The notes beneath the pieces were generated by a model. The model saw nothing but the letters and a program-made list of their open reading frames with translations. It did no database searches and was not told the origin of the DNA. A DNA stretch of 64,000 nucleotides, taken from positions 2,016,001 to 2,080,000 of the forward strand of contig OY762721.1 in assembly GCA_963666345.1 (NCBI GenBank), in the 5' to 3' direction. Made by a program: the position numbers and the translations under genes. This document shows positions 1 through 10,866 of this stretch, piece after piece. Each line of letters starts with the position of its first letter. Within the stretch, counting starts at the first letter, position 1. The stretch is from Desulfatiglandales bacterium (lineage in GTDB: Bacteria > Desulfobacterota > DSM-4660 > Desulfatiglandales > Desulfatiglandaceae).

Positions 1-21
1 GGTATTTGAAAGGATACAGGC

Positions 22-585
22 ATGATACGGAATACATATCCAAAGGATGTGATGCTGAAGGACGGCACTGAGGTAACGCTCACACTTGTAAACAAGGACA
101 ACCGGGACAGGCTTATCAGCTTTTACGCCTCCCTTTCAGAGACGGACCGCTGGTTTTTGACGGAGGACACCCTTGATCCTCAAGTCATCGATAGCTGGTT
201 GGAAAACCAGGAAAAGGGGAATTCCTTCTGTATCGTCGCTACATTTGATGAAGTCGTGGTTGCCCATGCCTGCCTGCTTATGCGTCGCTATGGTGGAAGA
301 AACAGGATCGGGCGGCTCCGCGTTATGGTGTCCCGGGATTTCAGGGGCAGGAGATTGGGAACCTGGATGATCTTTGATCTTACCAGAAGGGCAATGGAGC
401 TGGGGCTTGAGAAACTTCGGGCCGATTTTGTGGTGGGTATCGATGACCCGGCAATAGAGGCTGTAAAAAAAATGGATTTTTTCAGGCAGGGTCTCCTTGA
501 AAACTACCTCCTGGACCAAAAAGGCAAAAAATACGACTATATAATTATGACAAAAAACCTACATAAAGATTGGAGTGATTTTTAA
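22..585 (+). CDS. GNAT family N-acetyltransferase
   Basis: 187-aa ORF with acetyl-CoA-binding motif V.RDFRGRRLGT. Confidence 0.85.
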   Translation: MIRNTYPKDVMLKDGTEVTLTLVNKDNRDRLISFYASLSETDRWFLTEDTLDPQVIDSWLENQEKGNSFCIVATFDEVVVAHACLLMRRYGGRNRIGRLRVMVSRDFRGRRLGTWMIFDLTRRAMELGLEKLRADFVVGIDDPAIEAVKKMDFFRQGLLENYLLDQKGKKYDYIIMTKNLHKDWSDF

Positions 586-591
586 CAGCAG

Positions 592-1233
592 ATGTGCAAC
601 CTGGAAAAAAAGGAGATAAACCAGCCGATCTCGGAAGGAATTATAAAGATACGCTCGGTGGCGTGCGAAGAGGAATTTTCCTCTCTTTTTCTTGAAAAGG
701 AATTCAGCGGATATCCATGCTACAAACCTGTCGTGTCCGGGAAAAATGAACTCCTTAAGGCCTTCAGGCGCTCGGATACAAGGCTGACGCTCGCGATCAA
801 GGATGAAACGGATATTATCGGGTTTGGATTACTTGAACCCCCCTTTCCCGATGAAAGATGGGCCAGGCTCCGAAAGGGCTTGATGCTGGAGGTTTCCGTA
901 TTTGAGGTAAGCCGGAAATGGAGATCCATGGGTATATCAACCGGGATACTGAAACACCTTGTAAACAGTGGGAAATGGGAAGACTCGATCCTTTACATGG
1001 TGGGATATTCATGGACCTGGGATCTCGACGGAAAAGGGCTTGACCCGATGTCCTACCGGGATATGCTTATAAATATTTTTTCCAGGCAGGGGTTCCGGAG
1101 ATTTCAGACAAATGAACCGAACGTGATGTTGCGGCCGGAAAACCTTTTCATGGCAAGGCTGGGGGAATCGGTGCCGGAAGATCTGAAGAATCGTTTTAAA
1201 CTTTTAAGGTTTGATCTGGACCGTCTCCAATAG
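592..1233 (+). CDS. AcuA-like protein acetyltransferase (GNAT)
   Basis: ERW...EVSRKWRSMG, YSWTWDL, TNEPNV...ENLFMARLG resemble Bacillus AcuA. Confidence 0.7.
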   Translation: MCNLEKKEINQPISEGIIKIRSVACEEEFSSLFLEKEFSGYPCYKPVVSGKNELLKAFRRSDTRLTLAIKDETDIIGFGLLEPPFPDERWARLRKGLMLEVSVFEVSRKWRSMGISTGILKHLVNSGKWEDSILYMVGYSWTWDLDGKGLDPMSYRDMLINIFSRQGFRRFQTNEPNVMLRPENLFMARLGESVPEDLKNRFKLLRFDLDRLQ

Positions 1234-1272
1234 AAATCATTACTTCATCGCATAACTATAGGGCAATCCGCC

Positions 1273-2352
1273 ATGAAAAATTTTCTCATAAATTCGTATG
1301 ACAAGGTGCTCAAAGATCCATGGCCCCTTCTTAATGCCGCCTTTCACCTGCTGGGCATCTTCGTTGCAGCCTCTCTTGCCTGGTGGATCTTAAACAAGCT
1401 CTTAGCCAAATTGAAAAAGAGGTATGAAGGCACTCAGTTTTTTTTAAAAAACGAGATCTTTTTTACCCTTATCAGGAGGGCAGGGCACTTTTCCATCCTT
1501 CTTGTTACCGCCATATGGATTCTTAAGGTCTTTAATATCCTTTTTGTCGAAAAAATATTTTTCGCCGCCATTATTATCATCCTGACATATTTTGCCAACG
1601 GCATAGCAAACCTTCTCATTCCACTTCTGCAGGAAAGACTGGCCAAGAATACAGCCACGAATTTTGACGACGTCTTGCTCGACCTTTTCAGGAAATTCTC
1701 CGGGATAATAATTTATCTGACAGGCTTCGTGCTTGCCCTTGATGCCCTCGGCGTTGATATTATGCCCTTTGTCGCCGGCGCGGGCGTGGTTGGAATTGCC
1801 ATTGGTTTTGCCGCCAAAGACACCCTCTCGAATCTCATCGCAGGTGTCCTTCTCATAATCGACCGCCCCTTTGAGGTGGGAGACCGGATAGAGGTCTGGA
1901 CCGCCCCTTCAAACTCGGCAACCTGGGGAGATGTGATGGATATAGGGATGAGGGCGACAAAAATCAGGACCACCGACAATATAATAATAGTCATACCGAA
2001 CAACGAGATAATGAAACGCGACATCATCAACTACACCACTATTACGGATGAAATAAGGGTAAGAATCCCTATTGGAATCGGCTATGATGCTGATATCAAA
2101 AAGGCCAAAAAGGCCGTTGAAGAAATCAGCTACGAGATGGACTGGGTAATGAAAGACCAGCCCACCAAGGTGGTGGTCAAAAGCTTCGGAGACTCGTCGG
2201 TCAATCTGGAGGCCAGAATCTGGATAAAGGACCCGCGCCGCAGGATTGATACGATCTCATACGTCACGGACAGGACAAAGGAGGTGTTTGACGAGGAAGG
2301 CATTGAAATCCCTTATCCCAAAAGGGATATCATCATACGAAAGGAATCTTGA
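1273..2352 (+). CDS. MscS small-conductance mechanosensitive channel
   Basis: TM helices then GAGVVGIAIGFAAKDTLSNLIAG, RPFEVGDRI, IEIPYPKR. Confidence 0.92.
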   Translation: MKNFLINSYDKVLKDPWPLLNAAFHLLGIFVAASLAWWILNKLLAKLKKRYEGTQFFLKNEIFFTLIRRAGHFSILLVTAIWILKVFNILFVEKIFFAAIIIILTYFANGIANLLIPLLQERLAKNTATNFDDVLLDLFRKFSGIIIYLTGFVLALDALGVDIMPFVAGAGVVGIAIGFAAKDTLSNLIAGVLLIIDRPFEVGDRIEVWTAPSNSATWGDVMDIGMRATKIRTTDNIIIVIPNNEIMKRDIINYTTITDEIRVRIPIGIGYDADIKKAKKAVEEISYEMDWVMKDQPTKVVVKSFGDSSVNLEARIWIKDPRRRIDTISYVTDRTKEVFDEEGIEIPYPKRDIIIRKES

Positions 2353-2597
2353 CGGAAGCGGACCAGCACAGTTTCCTCTCACAGAGTCCACAGAGCACAC
2401 AGAGAAAAGGCCATGGCTCTTCTACAACAGCATTTCCCTTCGCCACTTGAATCCTCGACCCCTCGGACCCTTGAACCCTGCTCTTTTTAACCGCCCGCTT
2501 CGCTTGACAAAAGCGGATAACTACGGATGGTATTTTTTACTCTCCCGATGCCGGCAGAGTAAAAGCCTCGTTTGCTTCGCAAAAGGTGCCTGGTTGT

Positions 2598-2684
2598 TCC
2601 TTTTTCAACACCTGACCTTTAAAATCCCGGATCCTCTTATTCTGCATGTCACACAAAAAGTTGAATGATAAACTCCGGAGTTTA
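2598..2684 (-). repeat. Family D ~87-bp repeat, copy 1
   Basis: Near-identical inverted copy at 18346-18432; ends in palindrome TAAACTCCGGAGTTTA. Confidence 0.9.
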
Positions 2685-2829
2685 CCTCAAGGCATTTCCA
2701 CTTGAACCCTAGACTCCTCGAATCCTTGGACCCTTCTCTTTAAACCCTTTTTCACCTTTCTCGCCCACTAATAACAGTACCCTTGTTTTCTCAGGTTCAC
2801 CCCTCGGACCCTCGGACCCTCGGACCCTC

Positions 2830-2887
2830 GAAACCGGAAACCAGCTGCGAAGCAGTGGGCCTGAGCGAAGCGTAGCGTAGCAAAGAA
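2830..2887 (-). repeat. Family A 56-bp mini-element
   Basis: Reverse complement resembles TTTGCTCCGCTTACGCTTCGCTCAGTCCCACTGCTTCGCAGCGGGTTCCCGGTTTC. Confidence 0.85.
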
Positions 2888-3090
2888 AAACTCCCTCTAC
2901 CGTAGCTCTATACCAGCAAACGACCAGCAGTTTTTAGGGCACAAACACAGATGGGCAAAGACAAAGTTCAGGCTATGGAGCATTATTTAATTTTTGATTT
3001 TTCAATAAAATTTGGATATAGCTGGTAAGGATAGTCTGTTTCAGTTTTTAATCGCATTTTAATCCCGATCAGTCTGAATTTTTAAGGATA

Positions 3091-4821
3091 TTGGACAGCA
3101 AAAACCTTTACAATCTTTACTTTCTCTGCTTCTCCGTGGCCATAGGCATCCTTGCCGCCATAGGGGCACTGTTCTTTCGTACCCTTATCGAAGTCTTTCA
3201 AGGCCTTTTCTGGCATTCAGGGACCACATTTCTTGACAGGCTCATAGAGTCTCCCTGGTGGATCAAACTCATCGTACCGACGGCGGGGGGGCTGATCGCC
3301 GGGATATTGATAAAAAACTGGGTACCAGAGGCAAAAGGCCCGGGGGTATCCGAACTGATCCTCTCGGTGGCAAGAAGGGGAAGCACTATCCGCCACAGGG
3401 TAACCTTTTTAAAAGCCCTGGTAACGAGTCTCCTTATAGGAAGCGGGGCATCGGTGGGCCGAGAAGGTCCCATAGCACAGATAGGTGCATCGGTCGGCTC
3501 ATCCCTGGCGCAGCTCTTCAAACTGGACCCGGATCTCAGAAGGGTATGCCTTGCCGCAGGGGCCGCGGCAGGCATATCCGCCACATTTAATGCGCCCATA
3601 ACCGGCACCCTTTTTGCCGTGGAAATAATCCTCCTTGACATCGAGATGGTCTACATAAGTCATATCATCATCGCTTCCGTTATCGCCTCGGTGCTTTCAA
3701 GGATGTTCTGGGGGGAATTCCCCACGTTTCACGCCTTTTCCTTTCACCTGGACCACTACTGGGAACTCAATATCTACCTTGTTCTGGGAGTGCTGGCGGG
3801 TTTTGTTTCCATAGCCTTTGTCCGCCTGATATACGCGACAGACGGGGTCTTTCAGAAGATCAACATCCCCGAATGGATAAAACCGGGCATCGGCGGGGCT
3901 CTACTCGGAATAATAGCCCTGAAGCTTCCCCATGTCATGGGTGTGGGGTACGAAACGGTAAATCTCTCCCTTGCTGGAACTATCGGCCTGAAGCTGGCTG
4001 CGCTTGTCCTGCTGGGCAAGATAGTGGCCACATCCCTTTCCATCGGCTCCGGCATGAGCGGGGGGATCTTCGCACCGTCTCTGTTCCTTGGCGCGACCCT
4101 CGGCACGGTAGTGGGAATCGGAGCCGATCAGATACTCGACCCCTCCCTCATTCCGAGCAACTATGCCCTGGCCGGAATGGGCGCGGTCGTGGCCGGCACC
4201 ACCCTTGCGCCGATAACGGCAATACTGACCATATTCGAACTGACCTATAATTATCAGATAATGCTTCCCTTGATGGTCGCCTGCATAACAAGCGCCATTA
4301 TCATGAGGGTGTTCTTCGGATATTCGGCCTACGAGATGAAACTCATCAAACAGGGGATCAACATAGTAAGGGGCCATGATGTGGGGATACTGAGGAACCT
4401 CATTGTGAAGGACTACATGGTGACCGAGTTTGAACACCTCCATGAAGACAGCAGGCTATCCGAGATAGCAGAAAGGGTGATGGACTCCCCGTATCCCCAT
4501 TTCCCGGTATTTGACAAGGCGGACAGGCTTACCGGTGTGCTCTCTCTCAAGGACCTAAAGGCGTCTCTGGATAAATTTCTGGAACTGAGAGAGATAGTCA
4601 TAGCCGCCGATCTCATGACAAAGGAGGTAATAACCATTACCGCGGAAGACAACCTGGAAAAGGCGCTGCACCTGTTCGAAAGCCGCAAGGTGTCTCTTCT
4701 GCCCGTAACGGACGCCCGGGATAAGGGAATCGTCCTGGGGATACTGAAAAAAGACGACCTCCTTCACACATACAAGGAAAGGGTACTCAAGTTTCAGATG
4801 CTTTCCACTCCACTCAAGTAA
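3091..4821 (+). CDS. CLC chloride channel/antiporter with CBS domains
   Basis: GPGVSE, GREGP, GGIFAP motifs; C-terminal CBS pair. Confidence 0.95.
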   Translation: MDSKNLYNLYFLCFSVAIGILAAIGALFFRTLIEVFQGLFWHSGTTFLDRLIESPWWIKLIVPTAGGLIAGILIKNWVPEAKGPGVSELILSVARRGSTIRHRVTFLKALVTSLLIGSGASVGREGPIAQIGASVGSSLAQLFKLDPDLRRVCLAAGAAAGISATFNAPITGTLFAVEIILLDIEMVYISHIIIASVIASVLSRMFWGEFPTFHAFSFHLDHYWELNIYLVLGVLAGFVSIAFVRLIYATDGVFQKINIPEWIKPGIGGALLGIIALKLPHVMGVGYETVNLSLAGTIGLKLAALVLLGKIVATSLSIGSGMSGGIFAPSLFLGATLGTVVGIGADQILDPSLIPSNYALAGMGAVVAGTTLAPITAILTIFELTYNYQIMLPLMVACITSAIIMRVFFGYSAYEMKLIKQGINIVRGHDVGILRNLIVKDYMVTEFEHLHEDSRLSEIAERVMDSPYPHFPVFDKADRLTGVLSLKDLKASLDKFLELREIVIAADLMTKEVITITAEDNLEKALHLFESRKVSLLPVTDARDKGIVLGILKKDDLLHTYKERVLKFQMLSTPLK

Positions 4822-4860
4822 CTTGAAAAACGGGCAGGTCAATATGTCACACCCGGTTTC

Positions 4861-4916
4861 TTTGCTCCGCTTGTGCTTTGCTCAGTCCCACTGCTTCGCA
4901 GCGGGTTCCCGGTTTC
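4861..4916 (+). repeat. Family A 56-bp mini-element
   Basis: Matches 48504 and 50623 copies with few mismatches. Confidence 0.9.
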
Positions 4917-4951
4917 AGGTATTAGACACCTTGGAACCTCGACCCGTTCAA

Positions 4952-5299
4952 TCAGAAATCCTTGTACTCTTCTCTTGCAGGGGTAAAGACCTCGACAAAT
5001 TCGGCATCCTCCACGACTTCGGCGCCATGCGTCTTGTCCGCTGAAAAGATGTACGAATCACCCTTTTTTACCTGAAATTCATCATCAGGACTTTCCCCCT
5101 TGAAAAGCATTTTACCTGATATGACATAGCCCACCTGTACTGCACGGTGCGAATGAAGAGGAATACGTGCGCCCGCCTTCAGCGTAAAATGGCAGAGCAT
5201 CGCCTCATCATCATATGCTAGGGTCTTGCGGATTACCCCTTCCGGACCTTCAACAGGAATTCCTTGATCAACACTTTTCATCTTCATAATATAATTCAC
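4952..5299 (-). CDS. Cupin domain protein
   Basis: PLHSH...GYVISG...KTHGA; VEVFTPAREEY. Confidence 0.88.
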   Translation of the reverse strand: MNYIMKMKSVDQGIPVEGPEGVIRKTLAYDDEAMLCHFTLKAGARIPLHSHRAVQVGYVISGKMLFKGESPDDEFQVKKGDSYIFSADKTHGAEVVEDAEFVEVFTPAREEYKDF

Positions 5300-5310
5300 T
5301 CCTCTGTTAA

Positions 5311-7457
5311 TTAGTGCACATCCGGAAACGGATCATTTCCGGATGTTGCTTTCAGCCCTGCCACATTCAGACGGCCAAGCCTGTTAAACCGAGCGTACAG
5401 CCCGGCCCTCTGCATAAGCTCCTCGTGATTTCCGCTCTCCATTATCCTGCCCCGGTCCATCACGAAGATCCTGTCCGCCTTTCTGATTGTCGCCATTCTG
5501 TGTGCCACAATAATGGTCGTCCTGGAGCGGGTCATATGGTTTACGGCCTCCTGGATAAGCCGCTCCGTCTCAGGGTCCACGCTCGAAGTCGCCTCATCCA
5601 GTATCAGCACCCCGGGGTCTCCGGCAAGGGCCCTTGCAAAGGAGAGAAGCTGCCTCTGCCCGGCGGAGATGCTCGCCCCTTCTTCTCCCACCTCATGGCC
5701 GAGACCCTGCGGCAGCCTCTTTATAAACCCTGCCGCGTTTGCCTTAACCACGGCCCTTTGAAGAGCGCCTCGATCGATCCCGCTCCTTCCAAGCAGTATG
5801 TTATCCTGAAGGCTGCCCGCAAATATGAAGACATCCTGAAGCACCAGGCTTATCGAGTCTCTAAGCTTTTCCTTCGGCCACATCCTCAGATCGACCCGGT
5901 CCAGGCTTATTCTGCCTTGATCCGGATCATGGAAGCGTTCAAGAAGGCTTATAAGGGTGGTCTTTCCGGATCCCGTAGCACCCACTATCGCGACCGTTTC
6001 CCCCGGTTTTACCTCAAATGAGACGTCATCTATCACCTTCCGCCCTTTTTCATATGAAAACGAGACCCTGTCAAATATCACGTGACCTTCGCTTTTCCCG
6101 GGCATAACAGGGTTTACCGGCTCAGGGATCTCCTCTCTGTGATCCATGAATTCAAAGATCCGCTCGGTAGAAGCCATGGCCGACTGCATGATGTTGTATT
6201 TCTCCGATATGTCCCTTATCGGTTTAAAGAACATCTGTATATAGCTTATAAATGCCACCAGGGTCCCGAGGGTGATCTGCTCCGATACGACCCGCCCCCC
6301 GCCCTTCCAGATAATGAGGGCCACGGCAAATGAGGAGAAAAGTTCCATAAGGGGCATAAAAACGGCAAACACCCGTATCTGCTTCATCCCTGCCAGGTAG
6401 TTTTCCCTGCTTATGGACCTGAAAGCCGCATACTGCGACTCCTCCTGCGCGAAAAGCTGTATTACCCTCATCCCTTTATCCTTTCCTGAATAAAGGAGTT
6501 TATCTTTGCAACCGTGGTTCTCAGTTCGCGAAACGCCTCCCTGGCCAACCTGCTGAACAGGAGGGTAAGTGCGAAAATAAAGGGAACAAGGGCCATACAG
6601 ATAAGCGCAAGGCCGATATTTAGATAGAAAAGAACGGAAAGGATACCCAGAAGGAGAAAAAAATCCTTGAAAAGGGTAATAAGCACCGACTTGAACATCT
6701 CGTTCAGGTTTTCCACGTCGTTTGTCACGCGGGTGACGAGCCTTCCCACCGGGTGCCTGTTAAAAAAAGAAAGAGACTGGGAAAGGATCCTGTCAAAGAG
6801 CTTAAGCCTTATATCATGCATCACCCTCTGACCTATGAATTCAAGTGTGTAATGTTCGGCATAGCCGAATGCGAAAGAAAAAAAGATGAAAGAAAAAAAG
6901 ATGAAGGCGACAAAAGAAACTCCTCTTACATCCCCGCCCCTTATATCAAGCACCTTATCCCTTTCAAGACCATCCATAAGCTCAAACGGGATGAGAAAGG
7001 AGCCGTCATGCATTTTGCGGCATTTATCTCTTTTATCCGGCCCGATGCCTGAATAAAAGGCATCCGGCCCGGCCCTGTAAAACCTTTCACTCCCTATTAT
7101 GCCGCGGCTTTTAAACCTGCTTAGTTCCGCGGGATCGATCTTTCTCATATCCTCATGGGAAATGAAATCGACGGACTCCGCCTTTATCAGAAGATCGTCA
7201 TATTTTTCAACCGTCAGGCCTTCTCCCCCCTTATCCGGTTGAACCATATACCAGGATGAGATTATATACCTGTCTATGGCGATCTTTGCCAGATAGGGCG
7301 ATGCCAGATCGAAGATGGTGATGAAAAGGGAAAGTGAAAGCCCCAGCAGGATCCGCTTCTTATAGGGAAACGCGTGTTTTGCAAGCCTTTTTAAAAGCGA
7401 AAGGTTATAGGGCCTTCCAAGCTCCCCTTCCTCCATATAGCCGTATTCCCCGTACAT
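5311..7457 (-). pseudogene. ABC exporter (TMD+NBD), split by a 1-nt frameshift at ~6470 (real or sequencing error)
   Basis: ORFs 6468-7457 and 5311-6471 join as IQERIKG/MRVIQLF; Walker A GATGSGKT, ISAGQRQ. Confidence 0.8.
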
Positions 7458-9241
7458 TACGACCCGTCTCCTTCGGCAACCCCTCGTTCCATAAGAGATT
7501 CTTCATAAAGCTCCGCGTATATGCCCCCTTTATTCAAGAGACTGTCATGATTTCCCCTCTCCGCAATGAGCCCCCCTTCAAGCACAAGGATCTTATCCGC
7601 CCTTGCTATGGTGGAGACACGGTGAGAGACCATAAGGGTCGTCTTATCACCCCTTGTCTCAAGAAGTCTTTCAAGTATCCGTTCCTCGGTGTGTATATCC
7701 ACCATTGACAGGGAATCATCCAGGATAAGGAGCGGCGGATTTTCAAGCACTGCCCTTGCAACCGACAGCCTCTGCCTCTGCCCGCCCGAAAGGGTGATGC
7801 CCCTTTCACCGAGGAGGGTATCGACACCTGCTTCAAGCCCGTTTACCTCATCAAGGATTCCGGCGACATCGAGGCTTTTTTCAAGTGCCTTTTCTGAAAC
7901 GCCGTTTCTTCCGAACACTATATTGTTTCTTATGGTGTCTGAAAAAAGGAAAACCTCCTGGGTGACAAAGCCTATCGATTTTCTGAGCAATGCCGTAGAG
8001 ATGTCTCTTATGTCTGTGCCGTCAAGAAATACCCGTCCCACAGGCACATCCAGGAGCCTCGGTATCGATTGAAGCAGTGTGGTCTTTCCCGAGCCCACCC
8101 TGCCCACTATGGCGATCGTCTCCCCCGGCTCGGCAACAAAGTCGATCCCCTTGAGCGTCGGCTCGCCTTGCCCGGGAAAGCTGAAAACAAGGCCTCTTAA
8201 CTCAAGCCCCCTGATCGGGCCGACAGCCGCCGGCTCGACCGGCTGCCTGATTTCAGGTTCCTCTTCAAGTATCCGGTTTATCCTGTTCATGGATGCCGAT
8301 CCGCGCTTGATGAGGTTTGTTACCCATCCCATTGCCATCATCGGCCAGGTCAATAGGTTCAGATAGGCGATAAAGGCCACAAAATCGCCTGTAGTTATAT
8401 CACCTGCGATTGCCAGGCGGCCGCCCACAAGCACTACTACGGCAAGACCCGCGTTCGTAAAAAGCGCCATCATGGGGAAAAAAAAGGCCAGCACCTTTGC
8501 AAGGCTCATGTTTTCACTGACATAGAGCTCACCCTTCTCATTGAGCCGCTCACACGCCCACCCGCCCCTGTTGTACGACTTGATGACCCTTATACCTGAA
8601 AACGACTCCCGCACCCTTTCGGTCATCTCCGAAAATGAGCTCTGCACCCTGTCAAAACCCCTTGACATACGCTTTGTGATCAGCCTGGTTCCAAGGACAA
8701 CGACCGGCGCGGGGATAAGCGATATGAGGGTAAGCTTCACGTCTATGGAAAGCATGAACCCGACCGCCGCCGTTCCAAGGACGATTCCGTCCGTAAAGGC
8801 CACAAGGCCCATGCCGGTTGCCATCCTTATCGCGTTTATATCGTTTATCGACCTGGCCATCAGATCCCCGGTCCTTGTCCGTTGAAAGAAGGAAAGAGAA
8901 AGGAGCTGCAGGTGAGCGTAGAGACGGTTTCTCAACTCCCTTTCGACAAAACGGGAATGACCCAGGATAAAAAACCGCCAGGTGTACCTGAAAGACGCGA
9001 TAACGGCCGCAATGACAAGTATTATAAGACCCTGCCTTATAAGGATGGCAGCGCCGGCTTCATTTATCGTCAAAAGATCGACCGTCTTTTTTATGACAAT
9101 GGGGATGACAAGCTGCAGGAAATCCACCACAAGAAGGCTCATCAGCCCGATGGCGAGCCTCCACCGGTTTCTGTAAAAGTACTGTTTGAGGGGGGAAAAA
9201 GGCCTTATGCTGTCTTTAAAAGGAAACCATGGAATTCTCAT
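7457..9241 (-). CDS. ABC exporter ATP-binding/permease (MdlA-like heterodimer partner)
   Basis: TMD + GRVGSGKT, LSGGQRQ, degenerate Walker B ILDDSLS. Confidence 0.93.
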   Translation of the reverse strand: MRIPWFPFKDSIRPFSPLKQYFYRNRWRLAIGLMSLLVVDFLQLVIPIVIKKTVDLLTINEAGAAILIRQGLIILVIAAVIASFRYTWRFFILGHSRFVERELRNRLYAHLQLLSLSFFQRTRTGDLMARSINDINAIRMATGMGLVAFTDGIVLGTAAVGFMLSIDVKLTLISLIPAPVVVLGTRLITKRMSRGFDRVQSSFSEMTERVRESFSGIRVIKSYNRGGWACERLNEKGELYVSENMSLAKVLAFFFPMMALFTNAGLAVVVLVGGRLAIAGDITTGDFVAFIAYLNLLTWPMMAMGWVTNLIKRGSASMNRINRILEEEPEIRQPVEPAAVGPIRGLELRGLVFSFPGQGEPTLKGIDFVAEPGETIAIVGRVGSGKTTLLQSIPRLLDVPVGRVFLDGTDIRDISTALLRKSIGFVTQEVFLFSDTIRNNIVFGRNGVSEKALEKSLDVAGILDEVNGLEAGVDTLLGERGITLSGGQRQRLSVARAVLENPPLLILDDSLSMVDIHTEERILERLLETRGDKTTLMVSHRVSTIARADKILVLEGGLIAERGNHDSLLNKGGIYAELYEESLMERGVAEGDGS

Positions 9242-9467
9242 ATTCTTATCAAGCCGCCGCCTTTTTTATCAGGCACTTATCTTATACCACCGGGCTTTAA
9301 ACGCACAAGCGCCGACGCCCGGATAAAACTCAAACACCAATTACTTCATCGACTGCTACGGCAAAAAAAACATAAAAGATCTTCCGCCCTTATGTTGCCT
9401 TTGCCCTTGGCCCCTAGACCCCTGGAATCCTTGGACCCTCGCATCTTTACATCCTGGCAACCCATTT

Positions 9468-10694
9468 CTAATAGTTTTCAGCCGACCCCTTTATCCTCAT
9501 AATAAAGATTATCGATACTGCCAGCAGCACGCAGAAACCGCTCCATACGATATCATAGCTTCCGAGCACATCAAAGGCCCAGCCGGCAATGGTAGGCCCT
9601 ATGATACCTCCGATGGAAGCGGACCCGAGTGTGATCCCGAGGAGTTTTCCAAAGGACTGTCTGCCGAAATACTTTTTGAGTATGGCACCTCTTAGAACCA
9701 TGCCTCCACCGATTCCGGGAGAGTAAAGAAAAAGGAACAACATGACAAGACCCGTTCCGTTTATGAACCTGAACGCAACCATGCCGGCCGCCATAAAGCA
9801 GAAGGCTGCGGCCATGACATATCTCTTGTCGAAAAAATCGGAAAACCAGCCGAAGCCGAATCTTCCGAGAATGCTTATCAGAGGTATCCCGGCCGCCACA
9901 AAGCCTCCCACGCTTCTTTCAAACCCGAGATCGCTCAGATAGGGCATGACATGTATTACAACGGAGGTAAGCACTACCATCCTTACGGCCTCAGTTAGAT
10001 TGAGGTACCAGAAACCCTTTTTCTTTATTACCTCTTTAAATGCCCAGTCCTTGTCGTCCGGCTCCTCCTTTGCTCCCAGATCCGAGGGAAGGCTTTCAAG
10101 ACCGTCTGGAAGGCATCCGTATTTCTCCGGGCTGTCACGTATGACAAAGGCCATTGGGACACCCAGGACCCATATGCCTATCCCGAGTATGACAAGGGTG
10201 TTTCTCCAGCCGTACAAGGTAATAAACTTGACGATAACTGGTACAAGCAGGCCTCCCGCGCCGAAACCGGACACCATTATCCCCAGCGCCAGCCCCAGTC
10301 TCTTGTGAAACCAGTTCGTTACGACCGTCATGGTCACGACACTCGTGCATCCCCCCGCCCCGAATGCCAGCAGGACGAATGCCATGTAGAACATGAAAAG
10401 GGATTGGGTCATACTGAGAGTTATCAGGCCCAGACCGACCGTTACGGTCCCGCACAGGATAATCTTGCGCGACCCGAACCTGTCCACAAGAAAACCCACA
10501 AGGGGTGCCAGTATGCCCATCTCAAGCCCGCGCAGGCTGGTGGCAAGGGATATCTGCGCGTAGCTCCAGCCGAACTCCTCCCTGATAGGCTCAAAAAAGG
10601 CGGTAAAGCTGTAAAAAACGACTCCGCCGAAATAAAAGCTCACAATGAAGCAGGCAAGAACTATCCACCATCCGTAAAATATCTTTTTGCTCAT
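9468..10694 (-). CDS. MFS transporter (OFA/MCT-like)
   Basis: FYGWWIV start, GFLVDRFGSR motif A, about 12 TM segments. Confidence 0.92.
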   Translation of the reverse strand: MSKKIFYGWWIVLACFIVSFYFGGVVFYSFTAFFEPIREEFGWSYAQISLATSLRGLEMGILAPLVGFLVDRFGSRKIILCGTVTVGLGLITLSMTQSLFMFYMAFVLLAFGAGGCTSVVTMTVVTNWFHKRLGLALGIMVSGFGAGGLLVPVIVKFITLYGWRNTLVILGIGIWVLGVPMAFVIRDSPEKYGCLPDGLESLPSDLGAKEEPDDKDWAFKEVIKKKGFWYLNLTEAVRMVVLTSVVIHVMPYLSDLGFERSVGGFVAAGIPLISILGRFGFGWFSDFFDKRYVMAAAFCFMAAGMVAFRFINGTGLVMLFLFLYSPGIGGGMVLRGAILKKYFGRQSFGKLLGITLGSASIGGIIGPTIAGWAFDVLGSYDIVWSGFCVLLAVSIIFIMRIKGSAENY

Positions 10695-10866
10695 TACTTA
10701 ATGCCTTCAGATCATACCGATTTTCGGGTATGCTTTTCTTGCCTATCACAGGACCGGCGGAAAACTGAGGGGTAAAAGAAAAAACAACCCCGAAGCCTGT
10801 GCTGCGGGGTTACAATACCGTGATTATAGTCCATGAATAAAATGCTGTCAAAAAATCATACTGATT

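Larger units (their letters stand above)
2370..2887. repeat. Intergenic mosaic of repeat modules (9-mer tandem repeats; families A, C, D)
   Basis: CCTCGGACC/CTTGAACCC tandem units plus modules recurring at 24401, 18346 and 48504. Confidence 0.85.

Noticed and set aside
2800..2830. Tandem 9-mers as a CRISPR array
   Set aside because: Units are contiguous, 9 bp, without unique spacers; no cas genes
4823..5044. Similar small ORFs (also 48505-48693, 50624-50863) reading LRLRFAQSHCFAAGSRFQ
   Set aside because: Translations of the family A repeat and of antisense sequence, not a protein family
6468..6470. TGA as selenocysteine read-through in the ABC gene
   Set aside because: The downstream homology is in a different frame; an indel is needed
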